Below, one piece after another: positions 11,474 through 26,524 of a stretch of DNA of 64,000 nt. Position 1 is the first letter of the stretch. Every line of letters starts with the position of its first letter. Origin of the DNA: Azolla caroliniana (Eukaryota; Plantae; Polypodiophyta); contig JBHGNT010000001.1 in assembly GCA_043228905.1 (NCBI GenBank), positions 35,588,001-35,652,000 on the forward strand, written 5' to 3'. Position numbers and translations under genes: made by a program. The notes beneath the pieces were generated by a model. That model was given only the letters and a program-made list of their open reading frames with translations. It did no database searches and was not told the DNA's origin.

Positions 11474-14400
11474 CTACTCTCTTGCATTTACTTTACTTTT
11501 CTTGTTCTTCAATGATTTCTTCTTTGCATCTCGCTTCTTACCTCGTTTAAATATTGCAAGCACTTCAATACTACAAGGAACAAAGGTTACGTATGCTTCA
11601 AATCATGAAAGTATAGTGTTGCCAAAATGAGTTAAGAGAAAATGATTTACCTATCAGTTCCAGGAAAGAAGTTGAAAGCCTCGGCAGTAAATAAATGCCA
11701 AGCTCCACCCTCTACCAAATCTGCACTGTCCTGTGAATGCCAAGATTATGTAAGATTTCCTTCTAGTTAATACAGAGAAAATAAGCATAAATTATTAACT
11801 CACCCTTTTGAAAGCCTCCCAGCCACAACTAACGTACACTAATGTGTCAGGCCATGTAGACTCATTATTAACAAACTCATTTGTGGCTTCATGACCAGCT
11901 TGCCGTGCTCGAAGGATCCATGGTCTCTTCTCATCCCTGTTTAGTCAGAAACATAACACGATTAAACAAAGCTTCACAAAGTCTTATCTGAGGTGCTGCA
12001 TCCATAGAGGAGATGATGGTTTTTGGACTGCACCCAGGGAACAGCTAAGTGCATCAGCTTTTACTTTTGGGGTTGCTCAGAAGACCAAACTATTAGCTAT
12101 TTTTCTAGTGAAAAATAGAGTTTTGCATCGCTCTCTCTCTCCTTTCACTATCAGTGGGGCAGAACAAGGAAAAAATTAAATCATGGCTATAATAATCAGG
12201 TTATTGGAGGATAGTGAATGGGGGAAATAAAGAAAGAATTTGCAGAATAATTGGCACCATGACGTCGCGCCTAGACTTACGCTCTAAATTTGAAGCAAGG
12301 ATAAACACATTACAAGGAGATGCTACCTCTAGGAGATGACAAAGTGCCTCCTTTCATCCACCTTGTGCTTTTGCACACTCATCAGGATCAGTGGGTAAAA
12401 AAGCTAATCCACTTGCTAGGGAGCAAATGATAATTAATTCGCAAATATGTTTGAAATTGAGCTCCTCACACAAGTGAGACCGTTGAGAGTGCTTGGCATA
12501 CCCAGGGCACAAAAATTTACCCCATGACTGGTACAAGGTAGAACTGGATTCTACAAAGCCTGAGTCATACAAGCTGAATGGTCAAATTCATAAGCCCCAA
12601 AGGCAGGATAATCCGCATCAATAAATGTATTGTCTCTATAGTGACATTCCCTTTGTTGTTGGAGACTATCATAAACAATCTCCCTAAAAATGTTATAGAA
12701 TACACTATAGGACAATAGCAAACACATCAATATAGAAATACACAGACCCCTATAAAGGAGGATTGGGATTTTAAATAACCTAGGACATCCATTAGCAATG
12801 TAATGCTGTAGAGCATACTGAAGAGAATTGAGCAAAAATAATCCAGGTCAATCTTCACGAATCTGTTGTAAACAGCAACCCTATTGGAAAGGTCTCGTCC
12901 TCACATATAGGATGGGGTCATTCCCACCATTAACAGGAGGTTTGTATTTGTGGAACGGCTACAGGAAAGCCTGGGAAAAAGTGAAAGAGCTAAAACTCTG
13001 AGGTGAGGCTGAAGAGGCCTCAAGTTTGATATATGGTTCCCTGTTTATTGCTTCCCATTCAGAAAACATTTTAACAGGCTGCAAGGCTTGACAAGAAGAG
13101 TTTGCACACCTGGCAACAATTATGTAACTTAGCAACGCAGGATGTGATGTTGTTTGGGACAAACTACAAAGAACCATCAACTTCAAGATCTTGAAGGACA
13201 CATCATAAAACTCGGAATTATAAATTAGGAAGGGAGGGAGTAGAATATTAAGCAAAGATGAGAACCTCCAGCATCGATGCCTCTTAAGAGACAGTAATAT
13301 CTTTTTTCTTTTCTTTTCTTCCAACTTCATGCCACTGTGCTGCCATGACCCAGTGCGATATGTTCCCTTCAATCATGATTGGTGGTCCACCTTCCTGGCT
13401 TCCATTGTAGGCATTTAAATGCGGTAATAAAGATTGATGCTTTGATCTTTCCAGATGACAAAAGTAAGACACGAATCACTAAGAATATCCCTCATTTCCA
13501 CAATTGATTTATGCATATCAACTCATAGATAGATATTTATATTCATATATTTGGTGTTCAAAGTGTGGCCAAAGTGCGCCCAAAGAGGGTTATAACAGTA
13601 TTCCAGAAGAAGTGAGTGAAAATGAAAAACACAGGCTATAGAACAAGACTTACTTTCCATCTCTGTCCTCTGATTGAATCTTGCTTTTTCCTCCTCCCCT
13701 GAAAGACGCAGTCCTTAAGGCATCAATGACTGATACATCCAACCCTTTTCGTGGGGGGTCCACCACCACCACATCTGAACCTTTTAACCAGTTGATGGGA
13801 CTCTATAATGAAATGTAGATCTTTAGAGAAGAAGTATGACTGCATATCAATTTTCAATTCAATTGTTTTTAAAAGACTTACCACTGCCACATCAGCACAA
13901 TGCCAAGTGATTCTTGACTTATTTGTACTTGGTAATCGTGCCAAGGACAGTTCAAAGGATGATTTAGCTTCTTTATTGATCTCCACACATCTCACTGACC
14001 TTTACAAAGGGCCAACCAAACAAGCAAAGGGTCAGAGAAGTTGGAGTGATGAGGCTGAAGAAAGTTGTGATTGTTCTTTGTTGATTAGCTTGAGTGATTT
14101 GAGTGTTGCATGAATCCAAAGAGTCAACAGTTTATATGTGCATATGTAAAAACACCCCATAGAAACCTGATTTGACAACTAATTCTTATTTACTTATGAA
14201 CAATGTCATCCCATACTCTAGTAAGTGGCATAATACCAATGGGTAGTCATAACAAATTTATAATCCTAGTACTGTGATAACCAACAAAAATACAGCATGC
14301 AAAGCAATCTGCACCAATGCCTCCATGTATAGCAGCTGAGCAAGAATTGCATGTATGCAACATTGTATGCAACATTATTACAGACCTTTCGGTATTTAGT

Positions 14401-17400
14401 GAAAAAGGATAAACACTTTCATCCTATCAAATATTCAACAGCAATTTGTTCTACAATTTTACAACAGATAGACTACAATTAAGCTTCACTAACCATTTAC
14501 AACAGCTACCAGACAGAATGGTCAATAACTTCTTATGAATGAATTTCGTCAAGTTTTGAATTACACAGATATACCTGCAACTAGAACTTGCCGCAAGGCT
14601 TAGTCCAATTATACCTGACCCCGCATACAGCTCAACTACAGCCTTTCCAGGCTCAACAAATGTCTGAAGCTTCCGCAATAAAGACTCAAAACCCTACCAC
14701 AGTGAAAAGGGATAATCTTATAAACATTTGGAACATCACCTCATATCAATGAGTTTCCAAAAACATCAACACTCTGAATAGAATCAATGGACAATATATA
14801 ACATACAAATGAAATCTTAGGATCCAAACACACAGTGATAGTTTCTCGTCTATTCTATAATTATTTGAACCCATTCATATAAAATGCTGCACTACGCACA
14901 TCAACTTATAGAAAGATAGGGTTCAACAAAGGCATACTATCAATTTTGCATCTTCCTCAAAGCATCCATTCTTACTAGATGAAGACTATGACCACTCAGA
15001 TAGTAGAACGTGATATTGGGGCCTTCTTATTGATTATGCAAAATATCATCGCTATTGAGTGTCTCCTTCAAGAATTTCATCTAACAAAATTTTGTATTTT
15101 CTATCATCATGCTCACTCCAGATGTTTACCCTTCATTTCTATCAAGAGACTTAGCCTACATACAATTGAGTGGAAGCCATTTAAGAGATTAAGCTAAATC
15201 TGTCTTCAATGCCTTGAACTAGAACATACACGTGATTCCTGTGGCTTTGAAATCCCCAAATTTCTAATTGATCAGTGTTGCGTCTCAAAGTCATAGATTG
15301 ATTCAAAAACAATTTATCTCTGAATGAAATGTATGTAGTGCCTAACTCTAGTGACGTGCTAGTAGCTACATCCACAAGTATTTGAATCTAAACAAGTTTA
15401 GATACCTTGTCAAGAACCATTCTTACTAGTCCAAGTCCAACTCTGATACTCAACATTGTCTTATCAAGCTATCAATTCTTACACTTTATCTTTGTATGCT
15501 TGGAATGTTCACACTGCAATGGAGAGTTCATGTTTTTCATGAATAAAAAATGGCAGATGACTTCTGCCTGCGACCCAACAGTAACCAGCAGTGCAAGGTC
15601 AATAGATCAGTGGTGTGTGACTTTCTTTTAACAGTTTGCATATGGTCAGCAGTGACACTCAATGTCGAGAGACCATCTCTAATGCAACAGAAATATGGAG
15701 CTCGTTTACCTCTCTCTAATCCCTGGTTTTGCATCTATAATACACCTATCTTCAAGAGGCGAGACGGAGCAAGAAGTTTTACTTGCTAAATTACTTGCAT
15801 CTGCATTTGTCTCCTTCAGTCTGTGATTTATAGACTGATTTGAATACAAGTATGCATACATATGTATAAAGCCACCTTCTTTATTACAACCATTTACTTT
15901 ATAACTCCAAAAACAATTGAAATAAATCCAACCTGAAGATTAGCCTGTGAGAAACTAGCAGGTGAAAGAGTAACGTCAACGCCACCAATTCGTTCCCAGC
16001 AATGTTGATCTCCCAATAAATGCCTCCATCTTCCCCCAAAAATAACCTAGCAATGATAGATTGTATCAATAATTACTAGCATTGTTATCATTCGGCCAAA
16101 GAGCTGAAATAAATGTACTAACTGAAGTCTCAGAACAAATGTATCTTCTGTTAGCTTTATTCTACATTGAGAATATCCATTCAACATCTATTCAAAAAGG
16201 GCCCATTTACTATATCTTACACAATGCATTGACATGACTAAAGTAAAGCTTGCAGTAGATTAATCAGAAAGAAGCAAGTTTCATATTTCTGTCTACTGAA
16301 TGCCTTGAAGGCATATGGCACCAGAAGTTGATAGAACAAAACAGAGGAGGAATAAAATGTATCAAAGAGTGAACAGCATAGAAAAAAGAAAATATACTCA
16401 AGAGTGATAAAAAAAGACAGATGAAGGACAGCGCTTTTAAAATAACATGCAAATTAAAAATATTTAAAACCAACTATACTAGCCAAAGAAATTCATGGAT
16501 CAGGACACATTTGCTTTGCTTTTGATAGGGCTTCCAGGTTTCATACAGGGAACTAAACAAAACCAAGTGAAACATCTTACATAGTGCAAATGCCATATGG
16601 AATTGCATTTGCAAACGCAATGTGTAAACTCTTTATAACATGATTACTCACATTGCTTCGTGATGTCTGAAAATTAGCCCAGATTGAGTGGAATAGAGGA
16701 TTAGCACTCTTTGTTCCACGCTTTTTCCATAAATACTGTAAAAAACAAACTAAGGTAATCTTGCTACAAATCAATTAACCAGATGGTAGATATAAACTGG
16801 AAACCGTATAGAGACTCTAGAAACATTGCATTGTTTTATACCTGGGCTAATGAGTTCAATAAGGAGCCAGTTGATGACTGCTCAGACCTGGCATTCCAAA
16901 CCAATGAAACCTGCACTTTCCCTGCACATACCCATATCTTCCTTTCTTCTTCTTTTTCTGTTTAATATAACATATTATACAATGCAAAAAGTATGCACAA
17001 ATAGCTACACAGTCACATGGCATCAATCAACTGCAAATTTCTCCATGAACCATCAAGCAAACAAAAAACAAGGGGATGTATCATAGGAAATGGGATGTGT
17101 CTTATGTGATGAATAACAAGATGCATACTGTCCTCTCCGCTGATGTCACATATCTAGGATATCACAAGGATGCAAAATGACAAAGTAGAAGGGCTTTTAA
17201 CTATTGAAAAGTCCAATAATACAATGTTGTGTACACATCTCTCCAAAGAGGTGCCACTCTTGGATACCAGAGACTTTTGTTAGCTAAGCATTTAACATAC
17301 TCCAGACTTAGATGGATAAAGACTTTTCCTTCAAAAGATCTCCACCATAGGCCGATCCAAGATGAAGAGCTCTTTGAAGCAAGGGAAGCACCTTCAGTGT

Positions 17401-20400
17401 TGAGTGATCAATAGCCTTTATCTGTCAATAACGGAGGTAATGAGGCTCTGATTCAGATGGACATGGAGAAATTGCTGTAGCATGACGAATTATGGAGTTA
17501 AGGAAGGTTGTGATGGTGCTTTGATGATGAGTTGTTGTGGTTATATTGTTGTCCTTCAACAACACCTCTCTATCTCTTGATTTTTATCAAGAACCATTGG
17601 TCTTCATGTTCCATTACCTTGTGTAATTGGCCAAAGCATTGTTTGAAGTGGCATTGATATCTTCCTCTTATGTCATAAAGGACAGCAAAATGGAGGTTCC
17701 TTCCACACCGTGATGGCCCAAATGTTAGACATTTCAGCATTCTGACATTGATTATCTCCATATTAAGCTAGCTATTTCATGACATGAGTACCTTTGTTTT
17801 GGGAGCTCCCAAATCCATTGGATAGTAGCCACTGATCTGAATAGGCCCTCAATTGCTATTGAGGCTGCTGCTGTCACTGCCTGGATTATATCATGGGGCA
17901 CTAATGCTTTGCTACTTACCATGCTGGCAATCATCGAGACTAAGTTCTCTCTGACAAAATCAAGTTATATGCTCTATGAAGGAACACTCCAATGCTCTAC
18001 TCTACAGAGGAAGGCAGTGTTACAGGTGTCTCAAACAGTCACAATTTAGTTTGTGGTTGTTGGAACTGTACATGTGCACATTGTCTTTCAAGGGTATCAA
18101 GGGCTGCATATCCACAAGAAAGTCGAGCACAGGCAGTTTCATGTAGGGGGAACCAAGACCTTTTAAATGTTACTTCCAGGAATGTGTAGGTAGCATTGTA
18201 AGTATCTGCCTTTAACTCTCCCGAGAAGAATTTTGATTATAATCTCGTTACCCATTCTTGAGTGGTGTTAAACACCACCACTTAACTAGTTTTGTCAACA
18301 TTCAACAAATCTTTGTCCAGACAAAATGACTTTTATCTTATAGTCCATTTAAAGAGTCAGAGATCAACACAATATCATCAGCATATAGTAATTTTGATAT
18401 AGATAGTCCCACCGAGCATGCTCTAGAACCACCCAATCTCTCTATGTTATTAACGTCATCTACAGAAAGACTGAAGAGAGTGGGTGATAGTGGGCATCCT
18501 TGTGACTCTCCAACCATGCTAATAAAGACCTCTGACAACCCATTAGGAGCGCACACTTTTCCTGACACTGACTCACCCGCAAATTCCCCATAGCATATCT
18601 GTGAGGCTCTAAGGCTTCTCGTCACTGCATAAGCAAAGCATGCAATACAGTATCAAAGGTTCCTCCTTCCTCGATATGTGATCTAAATTTCTAACTCTAA
18701 GATCGATCCATATACTTTGGTCAAGAAATGGTAAACCATGATTGTCCTATAGTTGGTAGGTGTTGTTTCCTTCCTCGGGGAGAACACCTTCAATTACTCC
18801 TAGGGTAATCAGGTCAAGGAATCGTGGTTATGTAGGAATGGAAACACGGGGGTGTCACAAGCTGATCGAGTACGAAAATTGCCGGCCACAATCCAGCCTT
18901 ACAACTTGCACTTAACACGGGGACAGGAATCCAACAGTACAGATGAATAGTTGATGACACGAATAGATTAGACCCACAACAGGTATATTATAAGATTACA
19001 CGGCCCACGGCCGAGATTTCTATTCACTCTCTCTGACAGAAAACAGACATAGAATTCATTCTCTCTAATAGGGGATCTCCCTTCCTCCCTCTCTTATCCC
19101 GCACCCTTTCCTGATGCTTCGGCTCGTCTTTTATAGCTCTCGTCTCCTTGGGCGCGCTCCCATTACTTCTCTCGTTTACGGCCTCCAATCTCGGCTGCGT
19201 ATATTCGTTTACCTTCTCCATTCTTGATCAGTTCTTTCCCTCCTACCTTACCTACTTGTTAGATTCATTTCATACTTACTGCCTCTTTGTCCCATGGATA
19301 ACAGTAGGTATCATGGTATCTCCACTATTGAAGATCGGTAAAAAGGTATGTTATGTTCAGCTAGTAGAGACACCTTCATGCATACCTCTATTAAAGATGT
19401 GTGCAAGAAGTAAGACCAAGGTGTCTTGTGCATAAATGAAGTGTTCACCGACCAATTCATCATGGGCTTGAGCCTTTACAAATTACAGCTGACCAATAGC
19501 ATTTGTCAGCTTGTGTGGAGTCAAAAAGGTGGATTGACATGGGTGTGAGCCCTGTGGGTGGGCGAAGGAGGCTGCTGCTTGGGATTTTCATCTAGTGCCT
19601 TTCCGTATTCATATCAAGCCTGAAGAAATGAAGACATATATTAATATCTTTTAAGATGTTATAATGGCTTGTGGAGATCGAAAAATATCTTTTAAGATGT
19701 TAGTATCTTCCCATTATTTCATTTAAAAAATACATAATAACAGAAATAGAGTTCCGCTGATTCCATATCCCAATGACATAATTGATAAACCCATTCTAAC
19801 ATAACTTCTTGTGCATATCTGCCTATCTCAGTCTCTAACTGATATAAAGAGAGAATTATGAGAAGTCTTAGAAACTGAAATACATCACTCTATTGCGAAG
19901 GTTGAAGAGGACATTGCTGAAGCCTTGAACGAAGGAATACAATCAAGTCATGTTGAGAAAGTTCCATCAATCAGGCTACCAAAAATGGCATAAGGAAAAG
20001 CTTGGAGCAGTTTAAAAAATGTATCTCCATTGTAAACAGTTGACGGCTGCTAAGGATGTGATAGCTCAAGATAAGAATGATCATAGAGGAATAAAACAAA
20101 GTGCATAATCAATAGTAGAGATTAAGAAGCGAAAGAGATACCCATGGACTTAGTGAACGTAATGAATGCAACATTGGAAGAACATTGAAACCTTTACTTT
20201 CATTTCTTCTTGTGTTGTTAGGCACCTAGAGTGAGCAGTAATGAAAACTAAATGTCTCAGTTCATTCCATGGGTCAAGTTTGCACTATTGAGGACGTTAA
20301 TATTTCTTTTTTTTTCACCTTCCTTCCCCTCATTGACGAGCTATAAGACTTCTGTTAGTTAATTGAGCAGGTGGAGAAAGAAGAGATAGACATAAGGTAG

Positions 20401-23400
20401 TAGGATGGAGACCAGAAAGTCATGTGTTTAAGCTCTACACTCTGCAGTAGCATCTAGTAAATTAGTGTAGTGAGATTTGACACTCGGAGTGTAGGCTACT
20501 AAAAACATGTCTTGCCAATAGGGTAGAGCTCTAATATTAGAAAGAGAAGATAGATATATTACTTTCATTGCGAGGCCATATATGACATTGGGATCTCAAA
20601 ACAGTGCAACGCTATCTATCTCCCCTTTTGGTGAAGAGAGAGCTCAGATTTTTGTTAGATTGTGCTAGATATGTCCCCAATGCCAAAGCCATGAACTGAT
20701 CGTTACTAAAAACTTGTTTGAGATTTTGGAGCACCCAGAATTGTATCATTGATATATGTTTATATTGGACAATTGAGCATAAAATATTCTTGTCTCGACC
20801 ATAAATTGTTCGTCTCCATGTCTCAATGTATTGTAGCGTGAGCTTGTTCAAATAAGAACTGTGAGCATTGTAGGTTGCTACAATGTAACTGCATCGATAT
20901 GATTGAGTCTTAGCTTTTGTTTATGTGTCCAAGAATTAAAGGTCTATCTATGCACAACCTTCAAGAGCGCTCAAACTTGGATATTTGTCTGCGCAAAACC
21001 TCACAGAGAAGTTGTTAAGGACAAGAAATGACTACCACACCTCATCAACAAAGAACCATCACATGATAGTTTCTTTCGCACCACCACTCATCCTTCCCAT
21101 GTTACACGTTAATCAAGGGCTACACAAGTAGGTTCTTTATCCCAAGCTTCAAATGAGGTTATAATTGTTCAAGCATAGAAATTTTCATAACATGTAGGTC
21201 ACACCCATTTGAGCCAAAGACCCATCATCATGGTTGAAATTGAAGGTTTCTATGATCAATATCAATAGGCTGGTTTTGTTCTTTATGATATGCTTGTCAC
21301 TAGGTTGTATTGCTTTCACAACCATAAACTTAGAACATTGATAAACAGATCATACGAGTCAGGCATCGGCATTCAAGGATCATCAGGGAGACAAAATAGG
21401 AATAACAAAGATGGGGAGATAATTGGCAGCCTTCAAGAAAAAGCATCAGAAGATACAGAGGTAGCAGTCACAATTTTAGCAAAGGATATTGAAGTATCTT
21501 GACTCTTCTGATAATTCGTCCAATCCATATATACTTTTTCATGGAAAAGAAATAAAAACTCACAGACAGTGAACAAGAAAAGTGCAAATGCGTCCTAAAT
21601 TAATATGATAATACCATTTGCATAGCGATCCTTGGCGGGAATTGAGGTGTTGTATGTGGTTACTGACATCTGAATGTGCCATAAGGTGCAAATTCAGAAT
21701 CTCCAACAAGATACATAACCGTAAAACATAAAACCCTCCTATTTATTAACCATCTTCATTACCTGGACATAACGTAGTTCACCAATCCCTGTATCCTCGT
21801 CATACGGTTGTATTCCAACCTCTTTAATTCCTGAGGCACAAAAAGTTATCCAAATTTTTTACAGCCAAGAGCAATACTCAAAACAGTTTCAATAAACATT
21901 GATTTGAATACCTGCTTTTAAGAGCTCAACTGCTTCATTGATTCTTGGATGGTGAGCTAGTTTGGAAAAACATTTTAATAGTAAGATTTATGACTGTTCT
22001 ACGATAACCATGCCTAAAACCTATATGATGTTATTTGGCATGTATCAGAATGAACATCATTAGACTTAGTCAGATCACATACTTCGACAATTTGGAATAT
22101 CAACAATCTCGTGTGTGCCCTCCATGTAAAGTCCTACAATAGGATTTTCTGATGTTCCACGCACTGCTAGTTTAGCTTTGCACCTCCAACCCCACTACAT
22201 AATGCAAAGGTCACATTAAAAAAGTTAAATTATATAATTACCTCGAAAAGATAAACGGCAAATACAAACATAAGAAATGAGTAGACAAATAATTCTACCA
22301 CCTCACCACGCTGCCTGTCACCAGCTTCAAGTCTTTTATACCATGGCAGCGAAAGAATCTTTCAGCATCCTTTAGAACAGGAGGTTTATCCAAAGCCATA
22401 TCAATGGTACAGCCTGAGCACCTGTTACCAATAATTCCCTTCTTCATTGATTCACATATACTTTCTAGATCATTCGCTTCCCTTTCCATGAGTCTTGTAA
22501 CAAAGAATCCAAGAGATATTAAGAATGCTCACCAAGATTCTGAGCATTTCCATATCGAAGGTTTACAAATATGTAATTTCAATAATACAAGGCATATACA
22601 ACAGAACACGTGTTTGAAATTGAAAAGAAAAATACATTAACCAATATATCAAAATTCAAAAGAAACGGAAATAAGTAAGGCAAGGACATGCAAAGGAATG
22701 TAAGATTGCCATGTATATGTGCCACAAAAACACTGATTCCTAGGCCTCTCAATGTGATCATGGGTAAACTTAGATATGATTAATGCTAGAAAATAGTAAA
22801 GAAGGAAGAAGGGAGATTTAAGGGAAAACGCACCATCTCACATATGTAACACATGGCAAATTTTAAATTGTTCTAAAGAAGGCCAACTTTATCAAACTGA
22901 AAAAGTCTTAACTTCAAAACAATAGCAATAGGCCACAAGCGATTTAGCAAACTAAATACATAGGATATGCATGATATTGATTCCATAATTGACCCTATTC
23001 ACATCATATATTCCAATTAGCATAGATGACATAAAATCCTACCACGTCAGGTCTCAGGCTTGAACCCAAAATCATTCAACAAACAGCCATTCAACATTTT
23101 GGTTGGCCAATCAGGATTTGTGGATTTTTAAGTTCTACTTTTCTAGCCATTTTAGCAGCTCATATTTTCTCCAGTCTGAACGACCTCTATTACTGTACGA
23201 CGCACGTTTATTTCATACTCTTTAGTGAGCCTTCTTTATGTTCCTCGTTTCTGCATTAATCATGGGAAAATTTCCAAGGAGATGTATGTCTACCATTCTT
23301 TACTGTTAAAAATGTATGAAAGTCTCCTTGTTTTTGTCTCAATTGTGACTTCCATATAATTTAAAAGCTTTCATATTGGCATCTCTCCATTATATGTAAT

Positions 23401-25686
23401 AGTTTCTGAAATACCATGCAAGAAATCAGAAGACATCAAATCCATCGGTTGTATTTAGCAACTCTAGATGAAAGCTATTGCATTTATCCTTCAAGAAAAA
23501 ACTGAAATGCCACCTTGCAAGAACACATTTTTCACATCCATCTGGTGAAGATGCCACCCCTTTGCCGCTGCCACTGCCAGAACCCCATGGACAGTCATCA
23601 TCTTTGCAACCAGCGCAAAGGTCTCATCGTTTTTGGGCATATTCCCTTGGCCACCAATCAGGCCTTGTACCGGTTGACCAAGCCGTCAGCATTGTACTTT
23701 ACTTTGTACACCCATATGACATCATAAACCTTTTTGTTTGGCCATTATCCAAGGGTAGTCAGCTTTCACATATGAATAAATGCATGTGCTAACAGGCAGC
23801 AGGCTCAGGAAACCAATTCAACTGTATTTCCTTCAAAAATGCATCTTTATGTTTCTCATGGAAACATTTCCATATTATCAATGAAATCTCCAAGCAGATA
23901 AAACCCCACTAATATTTATGAATAATTTTCTTATTCACTAAACATGCAAGATATGCTATTGTTTTGCTTGAAAACGTTGACCTTGTATACCCCAAAAGTA
24001 TCAGCATCCCATAAGGAATAAGTAGGCATCCCTCCATCATTACATATACATGTAATAGGTTGGAATGGAATGGTGCCTCTTTTAAGAAATCCTTACATAT
24101 CAATCAAGCATATTAATAGCTGAATGAAGTTGTCACGTTTAAGCAACCTTTATGAGTCAACTATGCAAGATGCTACTGTTTTGCCTGAAAACTTTCACTT
24201 GCATACACCGAAATTATCAGCATCCCATGAGGAATAAGTAGGCATCCCTCCGTCATTACATACACATGTAATAGGTTGGAACTGAATGGTGCAATCTTTT
24301 TTAAGCAATCTTTACAAATCAATCAAACATATTAATAGGTGAATGGTGCGAGCAGAATAAGGAACCAAAATGAATCATTTACACATTGATCCAAAATGGA
24401 CCCATGTATGTTCAGGCTCCAAACTGGTCATTTTATTATAGACGCTGATGAAAGAAAGTTTGTGTTGCTCAGAGCACGCTAGGCAAAGAATTTTAATGTA
24501 CAGTAGGAGGCATATAAAGACGTGAGCATATTATAGTATTATTGTAACAGTTCTTTGATAGTCAATAATTCCATGAAACACATTTTGCCTAAACTCAACG
24601 TGCTTTTAATGGTCATCTGAATCATTCAAGGTGAAACAACCTACATATCAGAATGCAAAAATTAATTTCAGCACTTAGGAAACATAACAATACAACCTTC
24701 TATCATGTTAAAGTTAAATTTACAAAGTTAGACATCATGTGAAACTCTCAAAGGGAACGTCTAACATTCAAGACTCATATAACATGACGCCTCACTCCAA
24801 AATTTTCAAATCTAATGAAATAAATCAGAATTTAACACAACATACGGGAAACTTTTCTTTACTACTAAGTCAAGTCCATTTTCATGTAGGAAATTGAGAA
24901 AAACTCCACAAACTTATGGAAATTTGGTAAGAACTTTATATATTTTCATCACACCTTGATGGAACTATAACAAGCCACATGAGACAGGGATGAAAATATG
25001 AAATTTCGATCTAATATAGCAAGGTATAAAATCAGTATTTAGACACAGTTTCAATTAAAAACGAAAACATATTCTGTTTAAAGGACACACCTTTTAAAAT
25101 GCACGCAGTCCAGGTTAATGGATGCCGGATTATCATGGAGAGGATTCACTTTATTGTCATCAATGCTCTTGACATTGAAGAACGTATACAAATTTTCTTC
25201 TTCTTCCTCCTGCTCTTCGTCAATTTCTTCTTCTTCTTCTTCTTCTTCTTCTTCTTCTTCTTCTTCTTCAAATTCTTCTTCTTCAGAATAGATAGCATCC
25301 AACTTGAATTGTTCAATGTCTGAAAGAGGTTGTGTCCCCCTCCAACCTTCGGGGCCAGGTGCATTCTCTTGCAACTTTAATTGTTGCAATTTGGAAGTGG
25401 AGTGAGATTCTGTGGAGAGAACTTTCCTTCCTTCATGCCATGTGCGCAGAAGTCTGGGAGGCTTAACAGTAGCTACCCGTTTCTTCTTGAAAGGCGAATG
25501 AGGATCCTTGGATGGTGAGGATGAGTGTTCCTCTTTCTTCTTGCGAGTCGTAGACGTTCTGAGGGCTACAACCGGGATTAGCAGCCTATTGGAAGCGGAT
25601 GGAGTGAGGGAAGCAGAGGCGTAGCCATGTTGAAGGTCGACCTGGGAAGCAGTAAAAGCGCAGACCCTTGACAAACAACAGTCCAT
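11474..25686 (-). CDS. RlmD/TrmA-family (uracil-5)-RNA methyltransferase (plant 'pc1998-like' type), ~654 aa, probably plastid-targeted, 15 exons
   Basis: Exons 25091-25686, 22307-22421, 22083-22194, 21912-21956, 21763-21830, 21615-21669, 16842-16921, 16652-16735, 15933-16046, 14575-14693, 13882-13999, 13654-13802, 11804-11936, 11651-11730 and 11474-11570 are all GT-AG and phase-consistent (1965 nt). Motifs: [62 protein letters not shown]. The N-terminus is S/T/A/R-rich and followed by a poly-E tract. Confidence 0.92.
17250..19490 (-). mobile_element. Decayed LINE reverse-transcriptase fragment in methyltransferase intron 6, interrupted by a second insertion
   Basis: 19300-19490 encodes [13 protein letters not shown]...LLAHIFN...LPIFNSGD. 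18340-18660 encodes AFDTV...[12 protein letters not shown]...[11 protein letters not shown]. Many stops are present. Confidence 0.8.
18661..19290. mobile_element. LTR-like insertion inside the LINE fragment
   Basis: A non-LINE block replaces part of the RT. It has an imperfect TGTAGGA(18831)...TCCTAC(~19246) inverted pair and a minus-strand TATAAAAG. I found no TSD. Confidence 0.4.
23999..24345. repeat. ~128-bp direct duplication in methyltransferase intron 1
   Basis: TATCAGCATCCCAT.AGGAATAAGTAGGCATCCCTCC...CATATTAATAG.TGAATG at about 24000 and about 24216. Confidence 0.85.
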
Positions 25687-26524
25687 GGCGAGCAGCTCAC
25701 TGTATGTATGTGTCTGCTGGGGATAGATAATGTGTGTACGCTTCTGTTTTTCCAGTAAAACAGACCTTATCTGAGAACTACCGAACTCTTGTTGTACTCA
25801 TTCATCACTCAACCAATCCATTTGTCACTCGAATCAACTCTACTACTTGGTGGATCCATTCATTCGTTTACACATATAGTAGTGTTGGACATGGGAAACC
25901 AACCATAACAACCTCGCTAATGACTCAATTCTTGTCGGTAGTTTCATCGACCACATCCTGATAAGCCAATTCCCCGTTCTTGCGTTATGTCTTGTGGAGC
26001 TTGTCATTGAAGTAGGACAATACAACTTGTTACATTATTGTAAACATCTCCTGCAATAATTATGCATATTAGCCAATTGGAGAACAAGCAAGCTAGACGA
26101 AAGTAGTGATCATGCAATTGACACTAGCTAGTGAGTATGCACACATTAAGATTAGGTGGCAATCATGCATAGGTTGAAGGATGTTGTATAGAGAAACGTG
26201 ATAAGCTTGTCATGTCATTTTGGCTCAACATTGATCTCTGGCATTATATTTTAGTTATTCGTTTTTCTTATCCTCGTTTCCTTATTTCCATATCCAATTT
26301 AAAAATAATAATAATAATAATAAATTTAAGACGGATGCACCTTAGTATATTACTTGAAAACTATACATAGAAAAAACAGAAGGAGACATTTCATCTCACT
26401 TTCTTATTGTAAGATACAAACGCTAGTACATCTAATTAAACATATGATGTCATATATGAACAAGTAGAACAATACTATCCACTATCCAACATAAAAGAAG
26501 GTATGGCATAATTCCACTTCGGAC

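Noticed and set aside
12300-13500. Coding-looking sequence in methyltransferase intron 12, as an extra exon or nested gene
   Set aside because: The flanking exons join in frame without it, the candidate exon near 12330 contains a stop, and I recognised no motif. It is probably old TE debris.
25850-26030. Minus-strand VLSYFND resembling HSP70 VPAYFND
   Set aside because: The flanking residues do not continue the HSP70 pattern and stops intervene.
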